From a virus (Duplodnaviria > Caudoviricetes): a DNA stretch of 47,614 nucleotides. The notes beneath the pieces are model-generated. The model was not told where the DNA came from. It saw only the letters and a program-made list of their open reading frames with translations, and searched no databases. The stretch covers positions 1 to 47,614 of IMG/VR virus record IMGVR_UViG_3300016667_000636; one strand, 5' to 3'. Both the position numbers and the translations under genes were made by a program. The number at the start of each line of letters is the position of its first letter. Position 1 is the stretch's first letter. Below are positions 16,842 through 26,096 of the stretch, in pieces.

Positions 16842-17312
16842 CTACGGCAGGTTGATGAGATTTTCAGCTACTCGGCGCGACCATCCGCGCCCAAAGACGT
16901 TGAACGTGTGAAGCTCGGTCATAAACTTCAGCCGGACTCCGTTGAATTTTGCCGCTAGCTTGTACGGCTCCATCGCTACCACGGCGCTCAGGGTCTTGTG
17001 CCCAATGACTCCATCGTCCTTGACACCCACTGCACGCTGAAGCCACTGAACGGCAGCGCGGACACCGCTGTTGACAGCAGCATCAAACACCGCGAACCGC
17101 ACATGCTTGGGGAGTTCATCGGCGTGGATTTCGTCCCAGTAGTCGCGATGGTACAGCGCCTTGGCCCGCTCCAGCGTCAGGTTCTTGATGTCTTCTTCGG
17201 GGTAGGCGCGTTTGGACACGCCGTATTTAGTTTCGCCACCGGGGTCGCGCGGATCCCAGACGTACCCGCCCTCGTGACCAATTAGCGCCTTGAACGCCTC
17301 ATCAAAGTTCAT
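16842..17312 (-). CDS. endolysin, glycoside hydrolase family 108 plus peptidoglycan-binding domain
   Basis: HEGGY..DPRDPGGETKYGVS, FDAAVNSG, LQRAVGV.DDGVIG..T and FGRGW..R motifs; start MNFDEAF at 17312. Confidence 0.92.
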   Translation of the reverse strand: MNFDEAFKALIGHEGGYVWDPRDPGGETKYGVSKRAYPEEDIKNLTLERAKALYHRDYWDEIHADELPKHVRFAVFDAAVNSGVRAAVQWLQRAVGVKDDGVIGHKTLSAVVAMEPYKLAAKFNGVRLKFMTELHTFNVFGRGWSRRVAENLINLP

Positions 17313-17554
17313 TTGTCCGCCTTGGCGTCGAGCCGGTCGAAAATTTTGCCGAGCATGTCTTTGATCTCGTATATGTCGCGCCGATAGTCTTCTTTCAGGA
17401 CGTAGGTGCGCGGCAGGTCTTCGCGCAGCTTGCCCAAGTCGGTCTTCAGTTCTTTGACGGCGTTCCACAATTCCATCGCCAGCCAGCACAGCAACGTGAT
17501 GAACGCTCCGAGTAAGATGTTGATTACGCCCTGCACATCGATGACCCAGTTCAT
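17309..17554 (-). CDS. putative holin/antiholin (one TM plus coiled coil)
   Basis: N-terminal hydrophobic segment, directly upstream of the endolysin with ATGA overlap. Confidence 0.6.
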   Translation of the reverse strand: MNWVIDVQGVINILLGAFITLLCWLAMELWNAVKELKTDLGKLREDLPRTYVLKEDYRRDIYEIKDMLGKIFDRLDAKADK

Positions 17555-17617
17555 GAAAACACCTTTATACAGCCGAGAAAGCGCAGGCGCATTGGGAAAA
17601 AGTCACATCTTTCCATG

Positions 17618-19570
17618 TCAGCCGCCGAGCGCGGCCACGCGGGCTTTGAGGTCTTCGATCATCGCTTGCTGCTCTTGGATCGCCTTGGTTAGAAGAGCGG
17701 TCATTAGCTCGTAATGCACCGTTTCTGGTTTATTTTCTTCGTTGTAACTTACAAGCTCTCTAAGGCCAATAGCGTCAACTTCTTCTGCGATAAACCCAAG
17801 AGATCGAGCGGAAGTAGGGTCTGACTTATAATTAAACGTGACAGACCGAAGCTGCATTAATTCGTCTAAGCCGTAGGCGCTTTCTTCTATATTTTCTTTG
17901 TATCGGATAGAGGAAGTAAGGCCGCCAAACTGACCTGCGGAATTTATGTATGCTGACCTAAATGTGGCGCCTACGTTAAAAGCGTAAACATCGGGAGCGC
18001 GGAATGTACCGTCAACAATGTAGAGACCGTCCGCAGAAGAGTAGCGGACTCGTTCCGCAAGGACGCCGGCTTTCATGGTGGTCAAAGAAAGCGTGCCGTC
18101 TTCACTTCCATTGGTATGATCCGCCATTGACGCAGCTAAACGGACGTATTCCGTTATAGCACTAACGCTGTTGTTGCCGCGAAAGCGCAGGTTTGCAATG
18201 TCATCAGATGCTGCTGGCGAAGCACTATCTTTTTCAAAGAAAATGCTAAAGCCGCCACTGCTGGAATCTGTAGACCTAAAGTAAGCGGGGATGAGACCAG
18301 TTGTGGTTGAGTAAACCCCGCCTATTGCACCTGAGTCTACATACAACTTGTATGAAGCGGACGGGGCGCTTCCAACCCCCACTTCACCGTTAAGCCGAGT
18401 GGCGCCGTTAACGTCGAGCTTTTGCGTTGGTAAAGTAGTACCAATACCGACGTTACCACCGAAATAATTATCGGCTGTGCCCGCAGCGTAAAACCCGTAG
18501 GTCAGGCCGCCGCCCGTGGCGGTGTTGATGTTGGAGTAGAATCCGGTAGCTCTCTTGCCCGCAGTGACTGCGGCGGTGTTGTTTGCATAAAAAGCAAAGT
18601 TATTGGTCGCGTCAATTAAGTTGTTTTCTGAATAAAACCCATACTGACTTGAAACTGTAGACCCCGCACCAATCGTTGACTGGTTTGCGTAAAAATGTTG
18701 AAGCACCGTCGTAAACGATGCGGCGGCGGTTGACAAAACGGTGGCATAGCCCCGAGCAGCAGCAGTAACGTCGCTTTGAACAGTCGAAACAACAGCGTGG
18801 GCATTTGCAGTAGTTGCACCTGTGATGTTTTTGCCGTTGTAGACGCTGTTTCCTGTGGGAGGGATAGCGCCAATGCCGATGTTGCCGGCGCCGTCAATCC
18901 GCATTCTTTCAGTGGGCGAATTTGAGCCGTCTGCGGTAGTGGAGAAAACCAAACGCCCCGGCATGTCGTTAAGGCCGGGAGTTCCGTCTACAACAAAATC
19001 AATAGCTGCAACTTGTAAAAATTGCGTGCCGTCCCATCCTCGTGCAGACACATTTCCTGTGCCATCTCCTGACAACACAATTGTCGGAGCCGCCAAGGTT
19101 CCCCTAGCCCTTGCCAAATTTATAATTGGGGTATGCGCCGTAGTATCTGAGTATACTCGGGCTTGAAGCGTAGTTGACGAAGCGTCAGATGTGGCTTGGA
19201 TATTTGCGGCAGAGCCAGATCTATACATCGTAAGTGCGGTAGTGGGAGTTATCCCAATGCCGACATTGCCATCTGCGTCCACCACAAACGGTGTGCTATC
19301 GGGGTTTGTGCTGTCTTCGACTACTAGCGCATTGCCTGCGCCGGTCTGCGTGATCCGCAAGGCGTCAGACGCCGAGTTGACAGAAATGACGGTCGGGTTG
19401 GAATAGTTCGACGCTAGCAGCGTCACAACGCCCGCGCTGTTTTTGTAGTAAAGCTTGCCGTCGTTGTAATTAAGCGCCAATTCGCCAAACGCCAAGTTTC
19501 CAGCGACTGGCACCGCCGAGGCGGTGGCAGTGCGGTAAAGCTGAATTGGTGCGTAGCCGATCTGAGACAT
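17618..19570 (-). CDS. tail fibre with C-terminal peptidase S74 intramolecular chaperone domain
   Basis: N-terminal GELALNYNDGKLYYK anchor, GNVGIG repeats, C-terminal SSIRYKENI...GFIAEEV and terminal coiled coil. Confidence 0.85.
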   Translation of the reverse strand: MSQIGYAPIQLYRTATASAVPVAGNLAFGELALNYNDGKLYYKNSAGVVTLLASNYSNPTVISVNSASDALRITQTGAGNALVVEDSTNPDSTPFVVDADGNVGIGITPTTALTMYRSGSAANIQATSDASSTTLQARVYSDTTAHTPIINLARARGTLAAPTIVLSGDGTGNVSARGWDGTQFLQVAAIDFVVDGTPGLNDMPGRLVFSTTADGSNSPTERMRIDGAGNIGIGAIPPTGNSVYNGKNITGATTANAHAVVSTVQSDVTAAARGYATVLSTAAASFTTVLQHFYANQSTIGAGSTVSSQYGFYSENNLIDATNNFAFYANNTAAVTAGKRATGFYSNINTATGGGLTYGFYAAGTADNYFGGNVGIGTTLPTQKLDVNGATRLNGEVGVGSAPSASYKLYVDSGAIGGVYSTTTGLIPAYFRSTDSSSGGFSIFFEKDSASPAASDDIANLRFRGNNSVSAITEYVRLAASMADHTNGSEDGTLSLTTMKAGVLAERVRYSSADGLYIVDGTFRAPDVYAFNVGATFRSAYINSAGQFGGLTSSIRYKENIEESAYGLDELMQLRSVTFNYKSDPTSARSLGFIAEEVDAIGLRELVSYNEENKPETVHYELMTALLTKAIQEQQAMIEDLKARVAALGG

Positions 19571-19574
19571 TGCC

Positions 19575-19919
19575 TTACCTCAAGTTTTCGAGCTTGTAGA
19601 GCGTCTTGGCGTGCAGCCCGGTCAGCTCGTCAATGATGTTTTCGAGCGCAGGAATTTTGTGCGCAATGCGCTCGCGGTTCTCATTCAGCCAAATCATTTC
19701 ATCGTTCAGCGCCTTGACGATGTCAGCGTTCTGCTCAGGCAATCCCTCAACCAGTCCAAGGCACCCCTGATAGGCCTCAACGAGGTTGTCGAGCACATCG
19801 ATGACCCCATCGTAGTAGTCGCCGAGCGCCTGATGCTCGGCATATGAGTTCGTCTTCCAGTGGCGAACGTGCGCGTTATTTCGCGCCTTGAACATTCGCT
19901 CAATGAGTTCTTGGATCAT
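19575..19919 (-). CDS. ferritin/Dps-like four-helix protein (DUF5856-like)
   Basis: HVRHWKTNSYAEHQALGDYYD...EAYQG...NIIDE...LYKL. Confidence 0.7.
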   Translation of the reverse strand: MIQELIERMFKARNNAHVRHWKTNSYAEHQALGDYYDGVIDVLDNLVEAYQGCLGLVEGLPEQNADIVKALNDEMIWLNENRERIAHKIPALENIIDELTGLHAKTLYKLENLR

Positions 19920-19930
19920 CGTTGCTTGCC

Positions 19931-20155
19931 TCAGCTCAGCGGGGTGTCTGGCCGCACAAACGGCAGCACAATTTGGTCAGGACGCCGAGGCGCCAGCCTA
20001 TAGGGGTCGTACTCGTCTCGGTCAGCTTCGCAAACCATCAGGTTTGGATAGTTGGGGTCTGGCTTGAGGTCGGCAAGCTTCATCTTGCGCGAGCATCGAG
20101 CGCAAATCCCGATGCCAAACGTCGGCTGGCCGCGAACGTCAATGTAGGTGCTCAT
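19931..20155 (-). CDS. small Cys-containing structural-module protein
   Basis: GICARC...LMVC...RPD; ATGA-coupled. Confidence 0.65.
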   Translation of the reverse strand: MSTYIDVRGQPTFGIGICARCSRKMKLADLKPDPNYPNLMVCEADRDEYDPYRLAPRRPDQIVLPFVRPDTPLS

Positions 20156-21132
20156 CGGGTGTACGCTCCAATGCCGGGGTTGATGTAGGTCGGAGAGCCA
20201 TCGTTATCGCCGTCCCATGCGCGTTGCAGAGAGACCGCTGCGCGCCCCTCAAGGGTCGGGACGAGGTTTGCATCAACCTGCGGCGTCTCGGCCGCTACGC
20301 GAGCCGCTAGGCCGTTCACAATGGCCTCTATCCATCGCTGAGGAATCTCAACGTCCTGCCGCAGATTCTCGGTGTCCATGATTTGCCGGTGACGCCACAC
20401 GACAAGCTGCGCCTGCTCGGCCGCCGCAAACGGCGCTGGCCACAGATTGATGACGGGGTTAGGCAGGTCGCGCTGAAACCAGTAGCTGCTGGGGCGGCTA
20501 GAAAAGACCTTGTTGCTCTGCTGGACGTAGGCGTCGCGGTTCAGCAGGCCAAGCGGGATTTCCTGCGGCAGATTGCCTAGCGTCACCGTGGTGACTGACA
20601 GAGGCGCCACAGAGACGATTCTGAAGAATCTGTAGGCTAGGGCGCCAGAAATGTCAGTCCACGTTATCTGACCGCTTGTAGCGGCCTCAGACGAGCTTCC
20701 AGCCTGCACCCATGCTGAACCATCGGTGCTGACCTCAAACGTCACTGCAACGGCCGCAGCAGCCCACTTGATGCCAACCGTGTTGACAGTAGTTGCGCTT
20801 GAGAAATCGACCGAGTAGCTGGTTGAGGTTGTCGTGACCGAGCCGGTCAGGGGTTGAAGCGTTCGATAGTTGAGGTTGAGCACATCCACCGTGCCAATCG
20901 GCAGCGGAACGACCGGCTGGTTCTCATACATCGGCAGCACGATTTTTTCGATGCACCAACTGGGCGTGCGGATGTTCGCCAGCTCAGACAGCATCAGATG
21001 GAGGGAGTCCAGAGCGTAGCTCTGCATTTCCGGCGTGATTGATTGCGCCGGAAGGCGGCAGCGTCTGAAGGCGTGGTCTACAACCTTCAGTGCGTTGAAT
21101 GATGTGCCGCCAATGTTCCCAGAATAAGCCAT
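20152..21132 (-). CDS. head-tail connector/adaptor protein with an inserted beta-sandwich domain
   Basis: AFRRC...L.LMLSELAN N-terminus, RPSSYWFQR...LWPAP, EIPQRWIEAIVNGLA; central FEVSTDGSAW...YRFFRI insert. Confidence 0.65.
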   Translation of the reverse strand: MAYSGNIGGTSFNALKVVDHAFRRCRLPAQSITPEMQSYALDSLHLMLSELANIRTPSWCIEKIVLPMYENQPVVPLPIGTVDVLNLNYRTLQPLTGSVTTTSTSYSVDFSSATTVNTVGIKWAAAAVAVTFEVSTDGSAWVQAGSSSEAATSGQITWTDISGALAYRFFRIVSVAPLSVTTVTLGNLPQEIPLGLLNRDAYVQQSNKVFSSRPSSYWFQRDLPNPVINLWPAPFAAAEQAQLVVWRHRQIMDTENLRQDVEIPQRWIEAIVNGLAARVAAETPQVDANLVPTLEGRAAVSLQRAWDGDNDGSPTYINPGIGAYTR

Positions 21133-21204
21133 GCTAACCCCTGTAGTGCAGTCAGGATGGCCGCTGCTTCAGCAGCCTCTGCGAGAAATTCTAACTCAAA
21201 AAAG

Positions 21205-21387
21205 TCAGCTTTTCTTCGCTGCCTTGCGGCCCTCGCTCATCGCAATTGCGACGGCCTGTTTCGGGTTTTTGACCACCGGGCCTTTGCTTGAGCCAGAGTT
21301 CAGTTTCCCGGCCTTGTACTCACCCATGACCTTGCCAACCTTGGCAGCGGCCTTGCCGCCCTTCGCCATCTTCATGTCGCATTTCAT
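21205..21387 (-). CDS. small basic DUF6496-like protein
   Basis: KVGKVMGEYKAGKLNSGS..GPVVKNPKQAVAIAMSE. Confidence 0.75.
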   Translation of the reverse strand: MKCDMKMAKGGKAAAKVGKVMGEYKAGKLNSGSSKGPVVKNPKQAVAIAMSEGRKAAKKS

Positions 21388-21551
21388 TGTTCATCAACCT
21401 TCATTGACTGCGTGGTGACCTGACCGTTCTGATCAACGTAGCTCTCCGCGATCCAAAGATTTCCATCTTCGTCTCGCGAATAGCACTCGCCGGTTTTTAC
21501 AAGCTCCGGCTCTGGGGGCGGAGTGGTAGTTTTTGAGCTTGATTTAGCCAT
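21384..21551 (-). CDS. small hypothetical protein (55 aa)
   Basis: Manual read MAKSSSKTTTPPPEPELVKTGECYSRDEDG...; TAATG and ATGA coupling to neighbours. Confidence 0.6.
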   Translation of the reverse strand: MAKSSSKTTTPPPEPELVKTGECYSRDEDGNLWIAESYVDQNGQVTTQSMKVDEQ

Positions 21552-24010
21552 TAGTCGTGCGCCTTGATCATTACATAGCCTGCTGTCACGCCAACGCCGG
21601 CCGTGGAAACCCTTGCGCGGACTAAAGCAGAATTTACGTTAACAACGGTAAGTTGAACGGTGCTTGACGCCACAGCCGTCAGCGGGGAACCAATCGCGTA
21701 CCAAGTCAGACCAAAGTCGTCCGAGCCTTCAAGCTGAAGAGCGGGAGCAGTCGTCGTGATTGCGCCGACGTTGACAACCATTTGAATCCTGTTTCCGCAA
21801 TCGGCGGAAACAAGCGACGGCGTGGTGCTGTTCAGCGTTGTGAGGACAACGGTGCGGTCAACAAGCTGGCGAACCGGCAGCGCAGGGTAGCTGGACTGTA
21901 GTCGGTTAATCGCTCGCGTGAAGCTCGGCGTGGTGCCCCCAACCGTTTGAACATAGCGAACTCGGTTGCCAGTCAGTGGAATCGTTGGGCTACGATACAT
22001 GCCAGCCGCCGTGATTCGCGGGAAATCATAAACCTTGTACCAGTTCGTCCCGCTGTCGTCCGATTCTTCAATCGAAACGTCGAGCGTCGGAGTCGTGCCG
22101 GTCACCGCCGTCACCGGGATGTTGACCTCGTAGGCAATGCCAAATGTCGGCGTGATCGCTGCGGTCGTGGTCGTGGTGGTCAGTGCCGCTGAAGCCACAT
22201 CAGCAATCGTGCCCGGAATCGCAAGGTTCGCAGCCGTGACCGCGCCAACTGTCGTGACCGTGCCGACCGTCGTGACTGTCGTTACCGTGCCTGATCCAAT
22301 GACAACGCTGCCACCTGTGACCTGCACAGGCACCGAGCCTTGCACATCGGTCGTCGGCCGAGTCAACAGCTCAACGCGCTCGCGCTCATAATCAAAAATG
22401 CGAACGTAACTGAGGCGGAGTTCAGTTCGCCTGATAAGCGCACCGCCGCAGTTAACAGACGTAAAATCCGCTGGAAGCGTCTGACTTCCCGTATACGGTA
22501 AAACCAGAGTAAGAATCGTTGTGCCTACGTTGGCAATCTTCCATGCGCCGTCAATCCCTAGCGTGGCGCCGTCCACAGCATTGCGACAGCCAACAAGCTC
22601 TAACACATCACCCTGAATGAGGGCCGGAGCTGCCCAGTTAGCAGAGCCGGTCAGCACTAGCTGTCGCGTGCCGTCCACCAAAGTGGACAGCACTGCCGAC
22701 TGAACAACCTGCGCTACAGCGCCTAGCGCCGACATCAGGTTGCCGCCATTGACTCGTGCGACATATCCGCCGTAGCTCGTGACCGTGCTGGCCGTGCCGA
22801 TCACGATGGTAAAAGAGGTCGAGCTGACAATTGACGCAACTGCCGTAGCGGTCAAAAGGTTGGGAAACGATGCCGCCGCTTGGTCGCGAATGCCATAAAT
22901 CACCACCACATCAGTGGTAGATAAGCCGTGCGCTCGATCTGTCACAATGGTGGCAGTCGTCGTGCCCGTCTTGGTAGCAGAAATGATCTGCGCATTGGGA
23001 ACAGTCAGGGAGTCGTTGTTGACCGCTCGAAAGCGCAGCTTGTAAGCCTTGCTAGGCGAGGGAATCACGCTCGTGCGAGTCAGGCGATTGCTTGTGCCGG
23101 AAAGCGCGTCAATGGCAACGTCAGACCACTGAAGCCGGTCAGCCTGCTGAGTCAGCTTGTACTCGGTGGTCGGGGCGAAAGCGTAGGTGTAAGAAGCTGT
23201 CGCCAACTGAACAGAAGCAGAGGTGCCGACATTAAGAGAGTGGTTGCCTGCAACTGATCCTGAGGGGTACGCATCACCAGCTTCAGATCGCGTATAAATG
23301 CTTGCCTGCGTTGCTGTTGGTTGCTCGAAAATTAACGATGTGCCGTCTTCAGCCCGGCCAAGCCGTTCGCGAAAAAACACATACCCTTTTGCGCCGACAG
23401 GATTAGTGATCGTCTGGCTAGGAATCGCGCCGCCCGGGCCGGCGAGACAGGTGAATTGGGTAGGAGATGGAATCGTGGCTACAACCAAGGCAGGATAATT
23501 TGCAATGGGGTTAGAGCAGCCCGCGATACCAATCGACTTGCCAACGCTTAGGCCGTGCGGAAGAACGGTATCTACGGTCAAAGTCGTAGTGGCCTGCGTA
23601 ATGCTTGAAATCGCCAAGTCGGGAACATCTGCAAGCGGCGCTTCAGAATCCACAAGCTCAGAAGCGAACTCTTGGCCCAGTGTTCGTTGCGACATAGACA
23701 TGCCGAGCGCAACTTCAATCGGCATGCCAGCCTGATTCTGGCAGGTGATAGATGTCTCAGTGCCTGCGTTTAGAGGCGACTTGCTTATAACCAAATACGA
23801 TGCCGCAGCAGCATTGCCGTCCACATACACCAGATCGCCAGCCGCTTTTATTTCGTCCCAGTTCGCGCCCGGCGTGTAAGTTTCAAACGCCTCGCGAAAT
23901 TTACTCGTAATGTTCTCGGTTACGACGTGCGGGATTTTAGTGCCGTCGTTGTTGTCTGTGGCCACGAGCTTTTGCCCGTGGTTGAAATAATAATCAGGAG
24001 TTGCCGTCAT
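21551..24010 (-). CDS. large head fibre/decoration protein with repeated beta domains
   Basis: 819 aa, Thr-rich; two HGLS.G/TD-type small beta-barrel repeats and two C-terminal (E/G)SDD.G..WY beta-sandwich repeats. Confidence 0.6.
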   Translation of the reverse strand: MTATPDYYFNHGQKLVATDNNDGTKIPHVVTENITSKFREAFETYTPGANWDEIKAAGDLVYVDGNAAAASYLVISKSPLNAGTETSITCQNQAGMPIEVALGMSMSQRTLGQEFASELVDSEAPLADVPDLAISSITQATTTLTVDTVLPHGLSVGKSIGIAGCSNPIANYPALVVATIPSPTQFTCLAGPGGAIPSQTITNPVGAKGYVFFRERLGRAEDGTSLIFEQPTATQASIYTRSEAGDAYPSGSVAGNHSLNVGTSASVQLATASYTYAFAPTTEYKLTQQADRLQWSDVAIDALSGTSNRLTRTSVIPSPSKAYKLRFRAVNNDSLTVPNAQIISATKTGTTTATIVTDRAHGLSTTDVVVIYGIRDQAAASFPNLLTATAVASIVSSTSFTIVIGTASTVTSYGGYVARVNGGNLMSALGAVAQVVQSAVLSTLVDGTRQLVLTGSANWAAPALIQGDVLELVGCRNAVDGATLGIDGAWKIANVGTTILTLVLPYTGSQTLPADFTSVNCGGALIRRTELRLSYVRIFDYERERVELLTRPTTDVQGSVPVQVTGGSVVIGSGTVTTVTTVGTVTTVGAVTAANLAIPGTIADVASAALTTTTTTAAITPTFGIAYEVNIPVTAVTGTTPTLDVSIEESDDSGTNWYKVYDFPRITAAGMYRSPTIPLTGNRVRYVQTVGGTTPSFTRAINRLQSSYPALPVRQLVDRTVVLTTLNSTTPSLVSADCGNRIQMVVNVGAITTTAPALQLEGSDDFGLTWYAIGSPLTAVASSTVQLTVVNVNSALVRARVSTAGVGVTAGYVMIKAHD

Positions 24011-24024
24011 CGCTGCTGATCCTC

Positions 24025-24050
24025 AAAAAGCTTTGGGGGCTTTCGCCCCC
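24025..24050 (-). terminator. probable intrinsic terminator
   Basis: GGGGGC-GAAA-GCCCCC followed by AAAGCTTTTT on the minus strand, directly after the decoration gene. Confidence 0.55.
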
Positions 24051-24055
24051 GCAGC

Positions 24056-24490
24056 TTACGGTTTCTGGAGGTACTGAACCGTTACCGTGACTGCGCCAAC
24101 AGTCGGCTGCCCAACGCTCGTGACAGTGGCCACCAGATTGGTGTTAGTGCCAATGTTGAGCATCGCGGTAACCTGCGCAGCCGTGTGCGTCGTCGTGTTT
24201 CGGCCGCCGGTTTTCGCGTTGACCGAGGTCACATACTGAGTTCCGCCAGCGGCAGTGCCAATCGTCAGCGTTGCTGACGTAGCGCTGTCATAGGGCGTCG
24301 TGACATCAGTGTAGATTTCCACGATCTGAGCGCCAGCGGGCAAAACAATCGTCCCGCTCTGAACCAGAGTTGCGTCGCGAGAAATCGCAACGCTCTGGCC
24401 AAGCTGAACAAGACCGATGTTCGCACCGCCGATAGAACCGGCCTCCTTATCGCCAGAAGCGAGAGGGCCAGACCAAGTCGTTTGTGCCAT
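24056..24490 (-). CDS. capsid decoration/cement protein
   Basis: MAQTTWSGP start behind AGGAG; LPAGAQIVEI...LTIGT beta-sandwich; follows the capsid gene. Confidence 0.7.
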   Translation of the reverse strand: MAQTTWSGPLASGDKEAGSIGGANIGLVQLGQSVAISRDATLVQSGTIVLPAGAQIVEIYTDVTTPYDSATSATLTIGTAAGGTQYVTSVNAKTGGRNTTTHTAAQVTAMLNIGTNTNLVATVTSVGQPTVGAVTVTVQYLQKP

Positions 24491-24507
24491 TGCTGTTCTC
24501 CTGATTG

Positions 24508-24539
24508 CCCCTCGCAAGAAAAGCTTGCGAGGGGTTTTT
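24508..24539. terminator. 11-bp stem hairpin after the capsid gene; T tract lies on the plus (antisense) side
   Basis: CCCCTCGCAAG-AAAAG-CTTGCGAGGGG-TTTTT. Confidence 0.6.
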
Positions 24540-24542
24540 GAC

Positions 24543-25457
24543 TTAGATGCCCGGCGTGCCGTACATGGCTCGCGGATCAGTCCAGCCGGTCACATAACGC
24601 TCCAGAGCCTTGTAGCGCATCGAGTCAGTCTCGAAATCGCCTTCCATGCTCTTGTCCAGCGAGCGACGCATCAGCAGCTTCATGCCCTCGGGCGCGTCAG
24701 TTTGAACCCACCATGCGGTGGTCGAGGTGACACGAGAGAGGTTGGCCTGACCGTTCTTCAGCATCCCCATCGAGTTGACAGGGTTGATGTCGTTGTTGGC
24801 CGTACCAGCACGCAGCACGCTCTTCAGCAACACTTCAGCCTGAAACACGCCGCTTGACCCAATCACAATCTGCTTGGGCGTCAGCCGGATGCGCTTGCCG
24901 TTGTTGTCAACAGCGTTGCGGATCTGAATCAGCATCTGCTCCAGCGAGGTCTGCGACAGCGCGGCGGCGGTCGAAAGCTGGTTAGAGAAGGTGCCGCTGA
25001 CCAGAGGATGGTCAGTAGCAATCAGCGGCTTGCCGTCACCGCCCGGATACGCAGCGTTAAAGCTGCGATTCAGATGGTTGGCGCACAGAGTTTCCTTCGT
25101 CTCAATCAGCGACTGCGCCAGATGCTTGGCGTAGGTCTGACCGATGCGGATGTGGTCACCGTCTTCAACCAGCACCTTGGTCAGGGCGAACGCCAGACCA
25201 TAAACCTTGTACAGGTAGCGCTGAATGAACAGCACGCCGCCCGACTGGTAGGTTACCGGCTGACCGTCAGGCAGTTCCGGCGCAGCGCCGAAGCCGTACA
25301 GGACGGGCTCTTCATGATACGAACGCGGAGTGCCCTTCCGCTCGTCAAAAACCTGCTTCCACTCGTCGGCTCGCTGCTCATAGACACCGTCAAAGGTCTC
25401 ATTGAGGATCGGCTCGACAATTGAGCGGAAATCAGTACTACGCATTGGGGTAGCCAT
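24543..25457 (-). CDS. major capsid protein (HK97 fold, Mu gpT-like family)
   Basis: 304 aa; FGAAP..PDG..V.Y, GGDGKPL.ATDHP and ERY..GWTDPR..YG motifs; follows the scaffold. Confidence 0.88.
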   Translation of the reverse strand: MATPMRSTDFRSIVEPILNETFDGVYEQRADEWKQVFDERKGTPRSYHEEPVLYGFGAAPELPDGQPVTYQSGGVLFIQRYLYKVYGLAFALTKVLVEDGDHIRIGQTYAKHLAQSLIETKETLCANHLNRSFNAAYPGGDGKPLIATDHPLVSGTFSNQLSTAAALSQTSLEQMLIQIRNAVDNNGKRIRLTPKQIVIGSSGVFQAEVLLKSVLRAGTANNDINPVNSMGMLKNGQANLSRVTSTTAWWVQTDAPEGMKLLMRRSLDKSMEGDFETDSMRYKALERYVTGWTDPRAMYGTPGI

Positions 25458-25468
25458 TTACTGTCTCC

Positions 25469-26062
25469 TTAGACCTGATTGACGGCAGCCTTGTAGTGGT
25501 GTTCGTTGATGCGAACAGTAGCCACAACGTAGGCGTCGGTGAGGGCGTCAGCGACGCCATACGCAAAAGCGACGATCTGGAACTGACCAGAGGTGCCCAC
25601 TTCCGCAGTCAACTGAGTCGCCGAAAGACCAGTGGAAGTGCTCCCACCCGGCGCGGTCGGAATCCAGTCAGCCTCTTCACCAACCGAGGCCTGCACAGTG
25701 GTGCCGGCAGAGGGATTGGTGAACTGAACGTCAAACAGAGTTTCCGGGTCGTCGTACACATACGCGCGAATGTTCGTCGCGGCAGTGCCGGTCGGCCAGT
25801 AGTTGGAAACGGTCGGCTTGCCGAGGGCGTCGGTAAATTCAACGCCGGCAAAAATGCCAAGCATCGCAATACCGTCAACGGTGCCGGTGCGAGTGCCGTC
25901 AGAAGTCGCGAGCTGAATCACGCCGGCATCAGTCAATTTCACCGGATCACCGGAAAAAATGTTCTGGGCGTAACCACTGGCGATGACGTAGGACTTCGGC
26001 CGCATCTGACCACTGTTGTGGAAGCTCGGCCGGAAGCCAAACGGTGCGCTGGTAGCGGACAT
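25469..26062 (-). CDS. capsid-associated (cement/stabilising) protein
   Basis: APFGFRP, IFSGDPV, GIFAGVE and V.DDP motifs; immediately upstream of the capsid gene. Confidence 0.65.
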   Translation of the reverse strand: MSATSAPFGFRPSFHNSGQMRPKSYVIASGYAQNIFSGDPVKLTDAGVIQLATSDGTRTGTVDGIAMLGIFAGVEFTDALGKPTVSNYWPTGTAATNIRAYVYDDPETLFDVQFTNPSAGTTVQASVGEEADWIPTAPGGSTSTGLSATQLTAEVGTSGQFQIVAFAYGVADALTDAYVVATVRINEHHYKAAVNQV

Positions 26063-26096
26063 ATTTGTCTCCTAGAAAAGTGGTAGAAAAATTACG

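Noticed and set aside
17618-19570. Diversity-generating retroelement target in the tail fibre
   Set aside because: No reverse transcriptase and no template/variable repeat pair seen; the C-terminus is an S74 chaperone
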